From positions 6,637,612-6,701,611 of the forward strand of contig NC_057749.1 of assembly GCF_004010195.1 (NCBI RefSeq): 64,000 nucleotides of DNA. The letters are read 5' to 3'. Below are positions 14,001 to 26,000 of the stretch, in pieces. The notes beneath the pieces were generated by a model that was given only the letters and a program-made list of their open reading frames with translations, made no database searches and was not told where the DNA came from. The stretch is from Chiloscyllium plagiosum (lineage: Eukaryota). Each line of letters starts with the position of its first letter. The first letter of the stretch is position 1. A program made the translations under genes and the position numbers.

Positions 14001-17000
14001 ATCTGCCATTTATCCGCCCATATCTGCAACTGAGCTATATCCTCCTGCATCTTTGATAACCTTCTACTCTGTCCATGACTCTACCTATCTTTATATTGTC
14101 TGCAAATTTACTAGCCCATCAATCCACATTTTCATCCAAGTCATTTGTATATATCACAAACAGCAGAGGTCCCAGGACAGATCCCTGTGGAACAACACTA
14201 GTCATGGATCTCCAGCCTGAAGAACCCCTTTCGCCCCCACCTTCTGCCTTCTATGGGCAAACCGATTCTGAATCCATGCAGCCAAGTCACTATGGATCCC
14301 ATGCATCTCAATATTCTGGATGAACCTACCATGAGGGACCTGGTTGAAAGTCTCACTAAAATCCACATTGACAACATTCATTGCTCTACCCTCACCGATC
14401 ATTTTCATCACCTCCTTGAAAAATTCAAGACATGACCTGACCTCCACATGCTGACTGTCCCCGATTAAGCCATACTTTTCCAAATGCCCGTACATCCTAT
14501 CCTGAAGAATTATCTCCAATAGCTTCCCAACCATGGGTGTGAAACTCATCATTCTGTAGTTTCCTGGATTATCCCTATTTTCCTTCTTGAACACAGGAAC
14601 AAACTTAGCTACTCACCAGTCCTCTGGGACCTCTCCAGTAGCTATTGAGGATACAAAGATCTTGGTCAAGGCACCAGCAGTCTTCTCTCTTGCCTCTCTC
14701 AATAACCTGAGGTAGATACCATCTGGCCCTGGGGACATATCCATCTTAATGCTCTTCAAGAGAACCCAATACCACATATTTCTTGATCTCAAAATGCCTT
14801 AGCATATTAGCATGCTCCACACAAATTTCACTAAACCCCATATCCTTCTCCTGGGTGAATATCAACACAAAATACTTATTTAGGATCTCTGCCTCCAAAC
14901 ACAAGTTCGCTCCTTTATCCTTGAGTGGTCCTACTTCCTTCCTAATTATCCTCTTGTTTTAAATCTAAGAATAGAATGCTTTGGGGTTTTCTTTAACCCT
15001 TTTCTTAAGAGGGATTTTAAAAATGATCATGTAGTGATGGGACATATATAAGTCACACATAAATGGTTGTGCTTGGCCTTTTTAACCTGTAATCTTTTGC
15101 TTCATCTGCACAGCTGGAAACAGATTATTCTGAATTTTATTCCACTGAGCTGCACCTTAATGTTTGAGACTAATTTTAGTTATTGATGTACAGAATGAAT
15201 ATTCACACCCATGAATTTTATATTCATTCACGGGATGGGGCAAAATGGAGACACAAGGCTGAGCCCTAGCATGTAGCCACTAACTAACATGGAGCCACTG
15301 GAGACTTGGACTTCCCAACACCAAAAGGATATGACTTGTAGGTTACCTTAGCAATTCCTAAGATGCTAAATGGAACAGAAGGATCCTAGTGGGGCATTAC
15401 TTCAAGGTAGATCATCAGGACATGGGGATAGAGAATTAATACTGCAAAAGGTATATTTAGGACTGGTTAGAGAATCCATAAGAGTGGAGGCAAAATGTTA
15501 AAGGAAGTCTTTAAAAAGCTGCAAAACATGTTGGAAGAATGTAGGTTGGATTTGGATGGATGCACTGGGGAGGGTTGAATAGGCTTTGCCATTCTCATCT
15601 CTCTTCTGAATTCCTGACTTGGTAAAAACAATGACTGTGGATGCTGGAAACCGGATTATGGATTAGTGGTGCTGGAAAAGCACAGCAGTTCAGGCAGCAT
15701 CCGAGGTGCAGTGAAATCAACGTTTCAGGCAAAAGTATTCCTGATGAAGGGCTTTTGCCCGAAACCTCGATTTTCCTGCTCCTCGGATGATGCCTGAACT
15801 GCTGTGCTTTTCCAGCACCACTAATCCAGAATCTGAATTCCTGACTTGACTTTCTTCTGACATTGAGGATAAAGTGCATCGTTTCCCTGTAAGGTTAACA
15901 GCTTGTCATATCTCTTCTAGGGGTCGTACCTGGAGATCAAGAAACAAATGGACAAGTTGGATCCACTGGCTCATCCATTGCTACAATGGTACCTCAGTGT
16001 AGTGTGTGTGTTTGTGTGTGCACGTGTATGGTGTGTGTGTGTGTGTGTAGTGCCTTTTGATATGGCAGACACTGTGACCTTGTATTACTTAGCTAGCATC
16101 GTATGGGATAGAAAAGATGTCATCCATTTGTGAATGGGGAGATAAGTGAAGACAACAAGCCTGAATCAATGTACTAGCCAGACATAATAATGAAAGGGAA
16201 ATGTATCCAGTTATATGATGAGTTCCAGTTATGCTTCTCACCTTCTGATTGGCCAGCAGCTCTCTCAGTCAAGACTCCCTGCTGAGAAAGGGTTACAGTC
16301 TTGCTTTAAAGCAATTACCTGGCGCCTGGTGTGAAACATGCTACAGGGCCACGAAAGTGGGGTCATCCCCCAGCCGAGTTTTTAGCTGGGGTGGGTGAAC
16401 TGTGATTTTATTTTATATTCATTCATGGGAAAATGGCATCACTGGCTAGACCATCATTTATTGCCCATCCCTAATTGCCCAGAGGGCAGTCATTGCAGTG
16501 GGTCTGGAGTCACAGGTAGGCCAGACTAGGTAAGAATGGCAGTTTCCTTTCTGAAAGGGTATTAGTGAACCAGATGGGTTTTTCCAACAATTGATTCATG
16601 AGAAACACTCAATTCCAGATTTTGTTTTGATTGAATTCAACTTTCACCATCTGATGTGGTGGGACTCAAACCTGGGTTCCCAAAACATTACTTGGGTCTC
16701 TGGATTAACCACCCAGTGAGAACACACTAAGCCATTGCCTCCCCTTTATGGTAATGATATTTGTACTGAGATTTATCTGATTGGATCATCTCACATGATC
16801 TTTAAACAATGATAATCACAAAATAGTAATACAGTAGCGATAATGATAACTTTCGATAATCAGTGATTGCAGTAAAGAGTAGCCAGACACCACAACATCA
16901 TTTCCCATCCATTTACAACAACAACTTCTATTTACATAGCATCTTTAAATGACTGAGATGTCCAAAGGTGCTTCACTGGAGCATTATTGAACACGCATTA

Positions 17001-20000
17001 TACCAAACAACCTCTGGAGGTATAAAGTCAGATGAGCAAGAGATTGGTCAAAGAGATACCTTTCAGGAAGAGTTATGGATTTGGAAAGCAAAGCGAGGGC
17101 TAGGGAGGTAATCCCAGTGTTTAGGGGCCAGGGACTCAATCACAGTCACCAGTCGTGGAACAGTCGTGAAGGGGAATGCACAAGAAGCCAACATTGCAGG
17201 ATTGCAGAGGTCTCAAAGAGTTGACAGGAATGTCAAATAGCTGCACAGAGGCCAGTATCCATCACCAAATCACCATTTATTTACTTCTGCATAGTACACT
17301 GGCTGTGACCAGCTAACTCAGAGTCAGTCCCCCGAACTGAGGAGATTCTAAATCTCCTGGTTATGTTGGTCAGCCAGGGCTTTCCTGATTGGGGTGGTTA
17401 ACATGGGCCAATCAAGGACCTCGTAGTCAACAAGATCCCATTGGTTCCAATCACTGCAGAATGATGATGCCATAGAGGGATTCAAACGCAAGGTTGAGAA
17501 CTTTAAAATAAGGTGCTGCTTAAGAGGGTGCCAGTAACACAGGTTAGTGAGCAGAATGTGGGGGAGGGAGAGGGTATGGGGGGGGGGGTGTGTCACAGGC
17601 CAACTAAGCTGCTTAAAGAGGAAATTTGGGTACTGTGGCCATCCAAGCTGCTGGCCAGTGTTTCCCTATGATTGCCAATCTCCTTTGGAACACCAGATAG
17701 GACAATTAGTCTTCATACTCCATTCTGGGAGCATGACTGTCTGCTGCAGTGCATGACATCTAATGGCAGTCATACAGCCATAGAGTCACACAGCATGGAC
17801 ACAGACCCTTCGGCCCACCTAGTCCATACAGACCATGTTCCCAAACTAAACTAGTCCTGCTTGCGTGTATTTGAACCATTTACCTCCGAATGTTTCCTAT
17901 TCAAGCACTTATCTGAATGTCTTTTAAATGTTGTAATAGTAATAGCATCCATCACTTACTCTGGCAGTTCATTCAACATGCCATCCACCCAGTGGGTAAA
18001 AATGTTGCCCCTCACGTCTTTTTTCAATCTTTCTCCTCTCACCTTAAAAATATGTCCCCTAGTTTTGAACTCCTTCACATTATGGAAAAAGACCTCTGAT
18101 GTTCAACTTATCTGTGCCCCTCCTGGTTTTATAAACTTCTGTAAGGTGACCTCTCAATCTCCTACGCTCCAGTGAAAAAAGTCCCAGCCAATCCTGTCCA
18201 TTTTTGTAACTCAAACTCTCAATTCCTGGCAACTTGCTGGTAATTCTTTTCTGAACCCTGTCCAGTTTAATAATGTCCTTCCTATAACAACGCAACCAAA
18301 GCTGCACACGTACTCCAAAAGAGGCCTGTACAAACTCAACATGATGCAAAGGTCTGAGCAATGGAGGCAAGTGTGTGCTAAATACCTTCTTAACCACACT
18401 GTCTACCTGACATGCAAATTTAGACTAGATTCCCTACAGTGCGGAAACAGGCACTTCGGCCCAACAAGTCCACAGCGACCCTCCGAAGAGTAACCCACCC
18501 AGACCCACTCACCTACTCCCTACTAATGCACCTATCGCTATGGGAAAGTTAGCATGGCCAATTCACCTGACCTACACATCTTTGGACTGTGGGAGGAAAC
18601 CAGAGCACCTGGAGGAAGCTCATGCAGACAGTTGTCTGAGGCTGGAATCGAACAGTGCTAACCACTGAGCCAGTGTGCTGCCCAAATTTCAAAGAATTAA
18701 TTATCTGTACCCCTTAGGTCTCTGTGTTCTACAAAGCCACCCAATGTCCTACCATTAATTGTATAAGTCCTGCCCTTGTTTGTTTTAATAAAACGCAATA
18801 CCTCACACTTATCCAAATTAAACTCCTTCTGCCTCTCCTCAGCCCATAGACCCAATTGATCAAGATCTCTTTGTCCTGAGAGATACCTTCTTCACTGTCA
18901 CAATACCATCAACTTTGGTTTCATCTGGAAAACTTGCTTACCATGCTTCCCTTGTTCTCCCTTAAATCATTTAAATAAATGACAAACAAAAGTGAACCCA
19001 GTACCAATGCCTATGGAACACTGCTGGTCATAGGCCACCAGTCCAAAAAACAACCCTCCACCTTCGGACACCGATTGTGCTGCTTCTGGTCGGTGGTAAA
19101 GGATTTGAATTTGGTCTTGAGCAGCCCAATTTATCCTTAGAGCTCCCCCTCCTCAGCTTCTGTAATTTTGACAGTCTATGTACAAGGTTCCTGCAGACTG
19201 GTCAGGGGCATAGCTGACCAAGCCTCGAACACCACATTATCTCATAACTCAGTTGCTTTTGACCCCTTCCCGTTGTCATTTTGACTGCTTTATGTGTCTT
19301 TCAGTGGAATTGCAACATTAGACAAAGATACTTTAAGTTGAGAAATGAATTGGCCAATAGCATCTACACCTCCATTGTGGGGTTCACGCACCTTAGAACA
19401 TCCTGAGATCAAGATGACTCCATATAAATGACATTTTGTTTTCCCCAGAAAGGACTGAGACCCATTGCAGGGGACAGATTATCAGTAAGGATGTGTAACC
19501 CTACTTTTCCCAATGACAACATGGTTTTCAACAGACCATTTCTGACAATGAATCATGAATCCCATTCCTTTCAGGTATTGGGATGGATGAGGGAGGAATT
19601 TGTGGGGGGGACATGGTTGGGTGGAGAACTAAATGGAAATTTAATAATGCAATGTTCTGTGTTTGTTTTCTAGGATTATCTCCAGCAACAGGTCTCACAT
19701 CGTGAAACTACCACTCAGCAGAGTAAGTGGTTTCATTCTGTTATGTGGGCGGAATTTACCATTCTATTCCTCACGCAGCATCATTTAAAGGGCACGCCGT
19801 ATTCTGGGCTAAAACAAAATGCTGCAAACATTGCCAATTTGGAATATTGTAAAACCAGTGGAAGTACTGAGCACATCAGGCAACTTTGGTGAAGAGGGAG
19901 ACAGTTAATAGAGTCATAGAGATGTACAGCACAGAAACTGACCCTTCAGTCCAACTCACCCATGCCGTCCAGATAATCTAAACTGATCTAGTCCCACTTG

Positions 20001-23000
20001 TCAGCATTTGGCCCATATCTCTCTAAACCCTTCCTATTCATATACCATCCAGGTGCCTTTTAAATGTAATTATGCCAGCCTCTACCACTTCCTCTGGCAG
20101 CTCATTCCATACACGCACCACCCTCTGTATGAAAAAGTTCCTTTTAAATCTTTCCCCTCTCACATTCAACCTACGCCCTCTAGTTTGGACTCCCTGTACC
20201 CTGCGCAAAGCAACCTTGTCAATTTACCGTATCCATGCCCCTCATGATGTTATAAACCTCCACAAGGTCACCCCTCAGCCCCTGATGCTCCAGTGAAGAA
20301 AATCCCCAGACTGTTCAGCCTGTGGTTTGTGGCTGTTTGCATTTCATTAGATTGGTATTGGTATTTGTGGGGCCAATTGTATAATCGTTGGACAAAGTAC
20401 ACGCGTTAAAGGATTCAGCCTTATTTTAGCAGCCTGCTCTTGAGTTGTTAAGTGGGTCGAAAGGGTCATGAGGATCCGGAGCAGGGGCGGAGGGCATTTT
20501 CCTGCCGCAAAGTGACTGGCGAACGTTTCTGTGATGTGTGGTCCCATGGCCAGTCAACTGTGAACCACAAAGAGTTCCTGTTCCATTGTGCATTTGTCAC
20601 TCTCATTGTAGGTCTCTCTGCCATAATGCACGATTCGTTAATGCGAATTCACTGTAACGCGATTGATGAATTGGGGCACCTTTTCTAAAGCGCGAACTTT
20701 TAAAACATGTACAGAGGAACCTCAATTGTCTGAAGCACATGGGTGGGAGTGTTTTGTTTGGTTAAGATAACATAATTAACATAAGATAACGCCAGATAAC
20801 ATAATTAGCCAAGTGTCGGGATTTGCGATCTTGTCCAGATAATCTGAAAGTTAGTTAATCGAATGCCAGACAATCGAGGTTCCTCTGTATTATTTATTGG
20901 TTATAACGCAATTCCGGCCCCACTAGTTTAAATGGTGCTGCTATTGCGCGATTGTCTTATAACACGGGATTGCACGAGAATAGAACTTCCGCGTCAAAGC
21001 AGAACTGACTGTAAGTATTTTTGTTTGTTCACAGGATGTGGGGGTCACTGGCTAGGGCAGTGTTTATTGCCCATCCCTAATTGCTCAGAGTGCAGTTCAA
21101 ATCAACGCTATCTCTGTGGATTGTTTTTAATTCAGCAAATACTGAGGCACTGAAATGATTTGTGTACCAACGCCTAATGTCCCCTGTTGACATCCCAAGA
21201 TAGGCCACCAAGAATATGTGCTTTGGCCCAGTAGCAGCACCACTGGAAATATGCAGGGCCATGTAAACCAGGCCATCTAAGGACAACAAATTTCATTCCC
21301 TAAAGGGCATTAGTGATGGGTTTTTATGACAATCAATGTGGTTGCATAGTTGCCATTTGGCTATTGTTTTATTTTATTCCAGATTTCTATTGCAGTCAAT
21401 TTTCACTAACTGCTAAGGTGTGATCCAAATCCATGTTCCCAGGACATTCGCTTGGCTTCTGGACTGCTTGTCAATCAGTGACTTGAGCATCAGGCAAAGA
21501 CTGGAGTGGTCTCAGTTGTGGTATCCTTTTACAGTCATACAGCCATAAGGTCATAGAGATGTACAGCACGAAAACAGACCCTTTGGTCCAACTTGTCCAT
21601 GCCGACCAGATATCCTAAATTAATCTAGTCCCTTTTGCCAGCACTTGGCCCATATTGGTCCAAACTCTTCCTATTCATACACATAACCAGATGCCTTTTA
21701 AATGTTGTAATTGTACCAGCCTTCACCACTTCCTCTGGCAGCTCATTCCATACACACATTCTATACACGTACCACCCACTGCATGAAGAAGTTGCCCCTT
21801 GGGTCCCTTTTAAATCTTTCCCCTCTCACCCTATGCCCTCTAATTCTGGACTCCCCCACCCCAGGGAAAAGACCTTGTCTATTTATCCTATTCATGCTCC
21901 TCATGATTTTGTAAACCTCTATAAGGTCATCCCTTAGCCTCTGACACTCCAGGGAAAACAGCTCCAGCCTATGCAGCCTCTCCCTATAACCAAATCCTCC
22001 AACCCTGGCAACATCCTTGTAAATCTTTTCTGAACCCTTTCAAGTTTCACAACATCCTTCCAATAGGAGGGAAACCAGAACTGCACACAATATTCCAAAA
22101 GTGGTCTAACCAATGTCCTGTAGCCGCAACATGACCTCCCAACTCCTGTACTCGATGCTCTGACCAATAAAGGCAAGCATACCAAATGCCTTCTTCACTA
22201 TCCTATCTACCTGCGACTCTACGTTCAAGGAGCTATGAAATTGCACTCCAAGGTCTCTTTGTTCAGCAACACTCCCCAGGACCTTATCATTAAGTATAAT
22301 CCTCCAGATATACCAGTCCCGATTTCCCTTTGTGCTTTAGGTTTATGTTGGAGAGCACCATTTGCTGTTCACTCGTGTGACTCCTACATATTTCCAGTGT
22401 TGCAGACGTTGATAAATTCAGGTTTTCCTAGTGGCCTATTTGGGGACCTCAATAGGGGACATTATAAGTTGGTACACAAGTAGCTTTTGTGCCTCAGTGC
22501 TTGGTGAATGAAAGTAAACTGTATCTTGGGGCTTACAATGATCTGCTGTATCAAACAACTTTCTGACAATCAAGGGTTTAAGATATAAGGCAGAGGCTGG
22601 ATAGGCTGGGACATTTTTCACTGGAGTGTAGGAGGTTGAGGGGTGACCTTATAGAGGTTGTTAAAACCATGAGGGGGATAGATAAAGTGAATGGCATGTG
22701 TCTTTTCCCTCGGGTGGGGTATTTCAAGATTGTGGGAGTACTTTTAAGACGAAAGGAGGAAGATTTTAAAAAGACATGAGAGGCAATTTTTTTTTAAACA
22801 GAGACTGGTTCACATGTGGAATGAACTTTCCAGAGCAACTGGTGGGTTTGGTACAGTTACAACATTTAAAAAACGTTTAGGTAAGTACATGAGTGAGAAA
22901 CATTTGGAACTAGAGGGTATAGGTTTAGGGTGAGAGGGGAAAGATATAAAAGAGACCTACGGAACAATGTTTTCAGCAGAGGGTGATACGTGTATGGAAT

Positions 23001-26000
23001 GAGCTGCCAGAGGAAGTGGTGGAGGCTGGTACAATTGCAATATTTAAGAGGCATTTGGATGGGTACATGAATAGGAAGGGTTTGGAGGGATATGGGCTGG
23101 GTGCTGGCAGGTGGGACTAGATTGGGTTGGGATATCTGGTCAGCATGGACTGGTTGGACCGAAGGGTCTGTTTCCATGCTGTACATCTCTATGACTCCAT
23201 GACTAAGTGCAGGCAGGTGGGACTAGTTTAGTTTGGGATTATGTTTGGCATAGACTGGTTGGACCGAAGGGTCTGTTTCTGTGCTGGATGACTCTATAAC
23301 TCTATAACTCTATCCATCAGCTTCTTGAAATAAAATCTAGGTTCTTGGGAAACGCTATGGAATTCTTGCAGCTGGGCATTGTGTGCATCTCTTGGCACTG
23401 CCAATGGGAAAAAAAAACGTTGGAGGTTGTAGCAGATGTCAGGGAATTGATTTTTAATTTTCTTTTTCACGAGGTATTGCTGGTAAGGCCTGCATTTGGT
23501 GTATATCCCCTTGAACTGAGTGGCTTGCTCAATGATTTCTGAGGGCAGTTGAGAGTCAATCACATTTGTAGTGCATCTGAAGTAATGTGTAGGCCAGACC
23601 AAGTAAGGGTGGTAGAGTTCCTCCCCTATGCATCAAAAGTGGAATGTTTCGTGATCACTACTCATGAGGCTAGCTTGTGATTCTAGATTTTATTATTTGT
23701 AATTGAATTTGAATCCACCTGCTTCCATGTTGATTTGAGCCCATGTTCCCAGACCATGAAATCTGAAACAAGCATAGAGAACACTGGAGAAACTCAGCAG
23801 GTCTGGCAGCATCTAAAGAGAAAGAAAGAGTTAATATTACCAGTCCACTATGACTGTTCCATTCCAAAGAAATCCCATTGGATGGAAAGGATTAGCTCTG
23901 TTTCAGTCTCTATAGAGGCTGCCACCGAAGTTGAGTTTCTCCAGTGTTGTCTGTTTTCAATCCCCAGACATTAGCCTTAGATTGCTAGACCACTGACATT
24001 ACCACTACAACATCATCTGCCTGAATGTGATAGCCATATCTCCCTTTTACTCACTCCCAATCCAAAGGCGAGATGCAGAGGTTACATTTAAGCCCCGCCT
24101 CATCTCCTTCTGCATCCAGGTAGCTGAATGGCAACACTGGGATTGTGTTATGAACCAGGAGTGAAGCAATTAATTGTTTCAAAATAAGTCAACTCCTTAA
24201 CTGTCATTGAGATTAAATCTTGCCCTTTCTTTTGGCTTCTCTGTTAACCTGAGCGAGTACTAAGATGAAAAGCAGCACAGCCTTTAGGTTAGCATGCCAT
24301 TACAATTTCGCACACAGCTCAGCCCTTCATTTGATTGAAACTAAAGCTAAACTGTGTCATCAGGGTGGGATCTGGAATTTGGACATTATTCTCACCTGAA
24401 GAGTCATGGGCAACGTCAAATAAATTAGGTAGGTATTGCTGTCGAGGTTAAATGTCGTCAAACGTTTCAAACACAAAAATGATATTGTTTTACGGGATGG
24501 CGTGTGTTAACTATTGATTCAGTCCCTGTTTTGCCTGTTGTTGAGAATCAGTCAGAAAAAAAGTTAACAGTCGCCAAGTGGTAGTTTATGCCAGAAGAAT
24601 TCCCCAAAGCTTGCACTCCGTGAATCAGAAGCTGTTGCTATTTCCTTGGCTAGCTCAGATGGACAGCACTGTGCCATCTTTATGCCAACCCCCATCCCCC
24701 CCCTCCTCCCAAACTACTGGACCCCAGTGAAGTCACTTAGAAAGATTTCAAGAGTGAGGTTTGTGTTTGTGAACTCCCATTGTGAAGCTGCTTGGCCATA
24801 CCCTTCCCCGCTTTCCCTTGCACCCCAGTGCCACAAAAATGCTGAAGCGTGTGGTGCTGGAAAAGCACAGTAGGTCAGGCAGCATCTGAGGAGCAGGAGA
24901 ATCAACGCTTCACCAGGAATGAAGGGCCTATACCCGAAACGTCGATTCTCCTGCTCCTTGGATGCTGCCTGACCTGCTGTGCTTTTTCAGTAACACACTC
25001 TCGACTCTGATCTCCAGCATCTGCAGTCCTCACTTTCTCCAAAAATGCTGAAGCCTCAAAGGTGTAATTAAATCTCATGATATTTTGGCCATGTCATCAT
25101 GCTTTGTAGTTACAGGGAGGAATGTGCTGGTGGGGCTTAGGTGCAGAGTTGAGACCGCCACATTGTGGTCAATTATTTCAGCCAAGTTGGCATCTGATGT
25201 TAAATTCTAGGATGTTAAATCCATAAAATAATGAGTAGAAGAAAACATATATGCTGATAACATGGATGGTTTGTTGGTGAATGAATGATGTTCACATTTT
25301 AAAAACTTACACTTGCCTGTTCGATCATATTGTTTATCATAAACCCTCAGGCCAGATAGCACTTGCACAGAGCAGGAACCTGCCAACTATATACTCTGCG
25401 GATGAAAAAATTCTTTTGTTCTCACTGTCTGCCGTAAGCATACGCAGACACTTTTATAGGTTGGCAGCCAATGGGTTTAGTCACATTATAAATCGCCATC
25501 AAATCCTGAGGTGGGACTTGAACTGGGAGCATTTGGTCCAGATGCAACCCACTAGTGCAAAGCAATACAGGATAGAAGGTCCCATATTGACTCCAGGGAA
25601 TGAGTGAGTCAGCAAAGCAGTCACTGGGTTAGGCTGGAGGAAGAAAAATCAGGACGAGTTCCTGCTCTCAACTAGTACCCAGTTGGCTCCAGTGGAAGAT
25701 GCTTGAATGTAAATGGCAGCTCCTCACAGGACATTTTCTCTTCTCTCTGACCTTTCCATTCCGGGTAGTCTCCAAGATGACAGAGAGAGACACACCAGCA
25801 CAGAGAGAGAGTCCCTTCAGGGGAGGCAGCAGGGGTTTGGAACAGTTGGACTCTTACTCCCGTCAGAGAGCCCTTTGTGCAGTGACACATCAATCGGTGG
25901 CATGGAGTGACGGAGCCAGGCGGTTAGGAGCTCAGCTCAGGTTGTCTCCGATGTTGTGACTTTGTGAACCTGCCATATCTTTCTTTTCACAGCAGTTGAA

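Noticed and set aside
15989..15996. Exon C donor GTACCTCA as a U12-type intron
   Set aside because: It does not match GTATCCTT, and no TCCTTAAC branch point precedes exon D.
15948..16133. [24 protein letters not shown]... as a separate gene
   Set aside because: It is PARP6 exon C read through into the intronic GT microsatellite.
17230..17455. Possible short solo LTR interrupting the L2 fragment
   Set aside because: It has a minus-strand AATAAA, but I could not define TG..CA ends or a target duplication.
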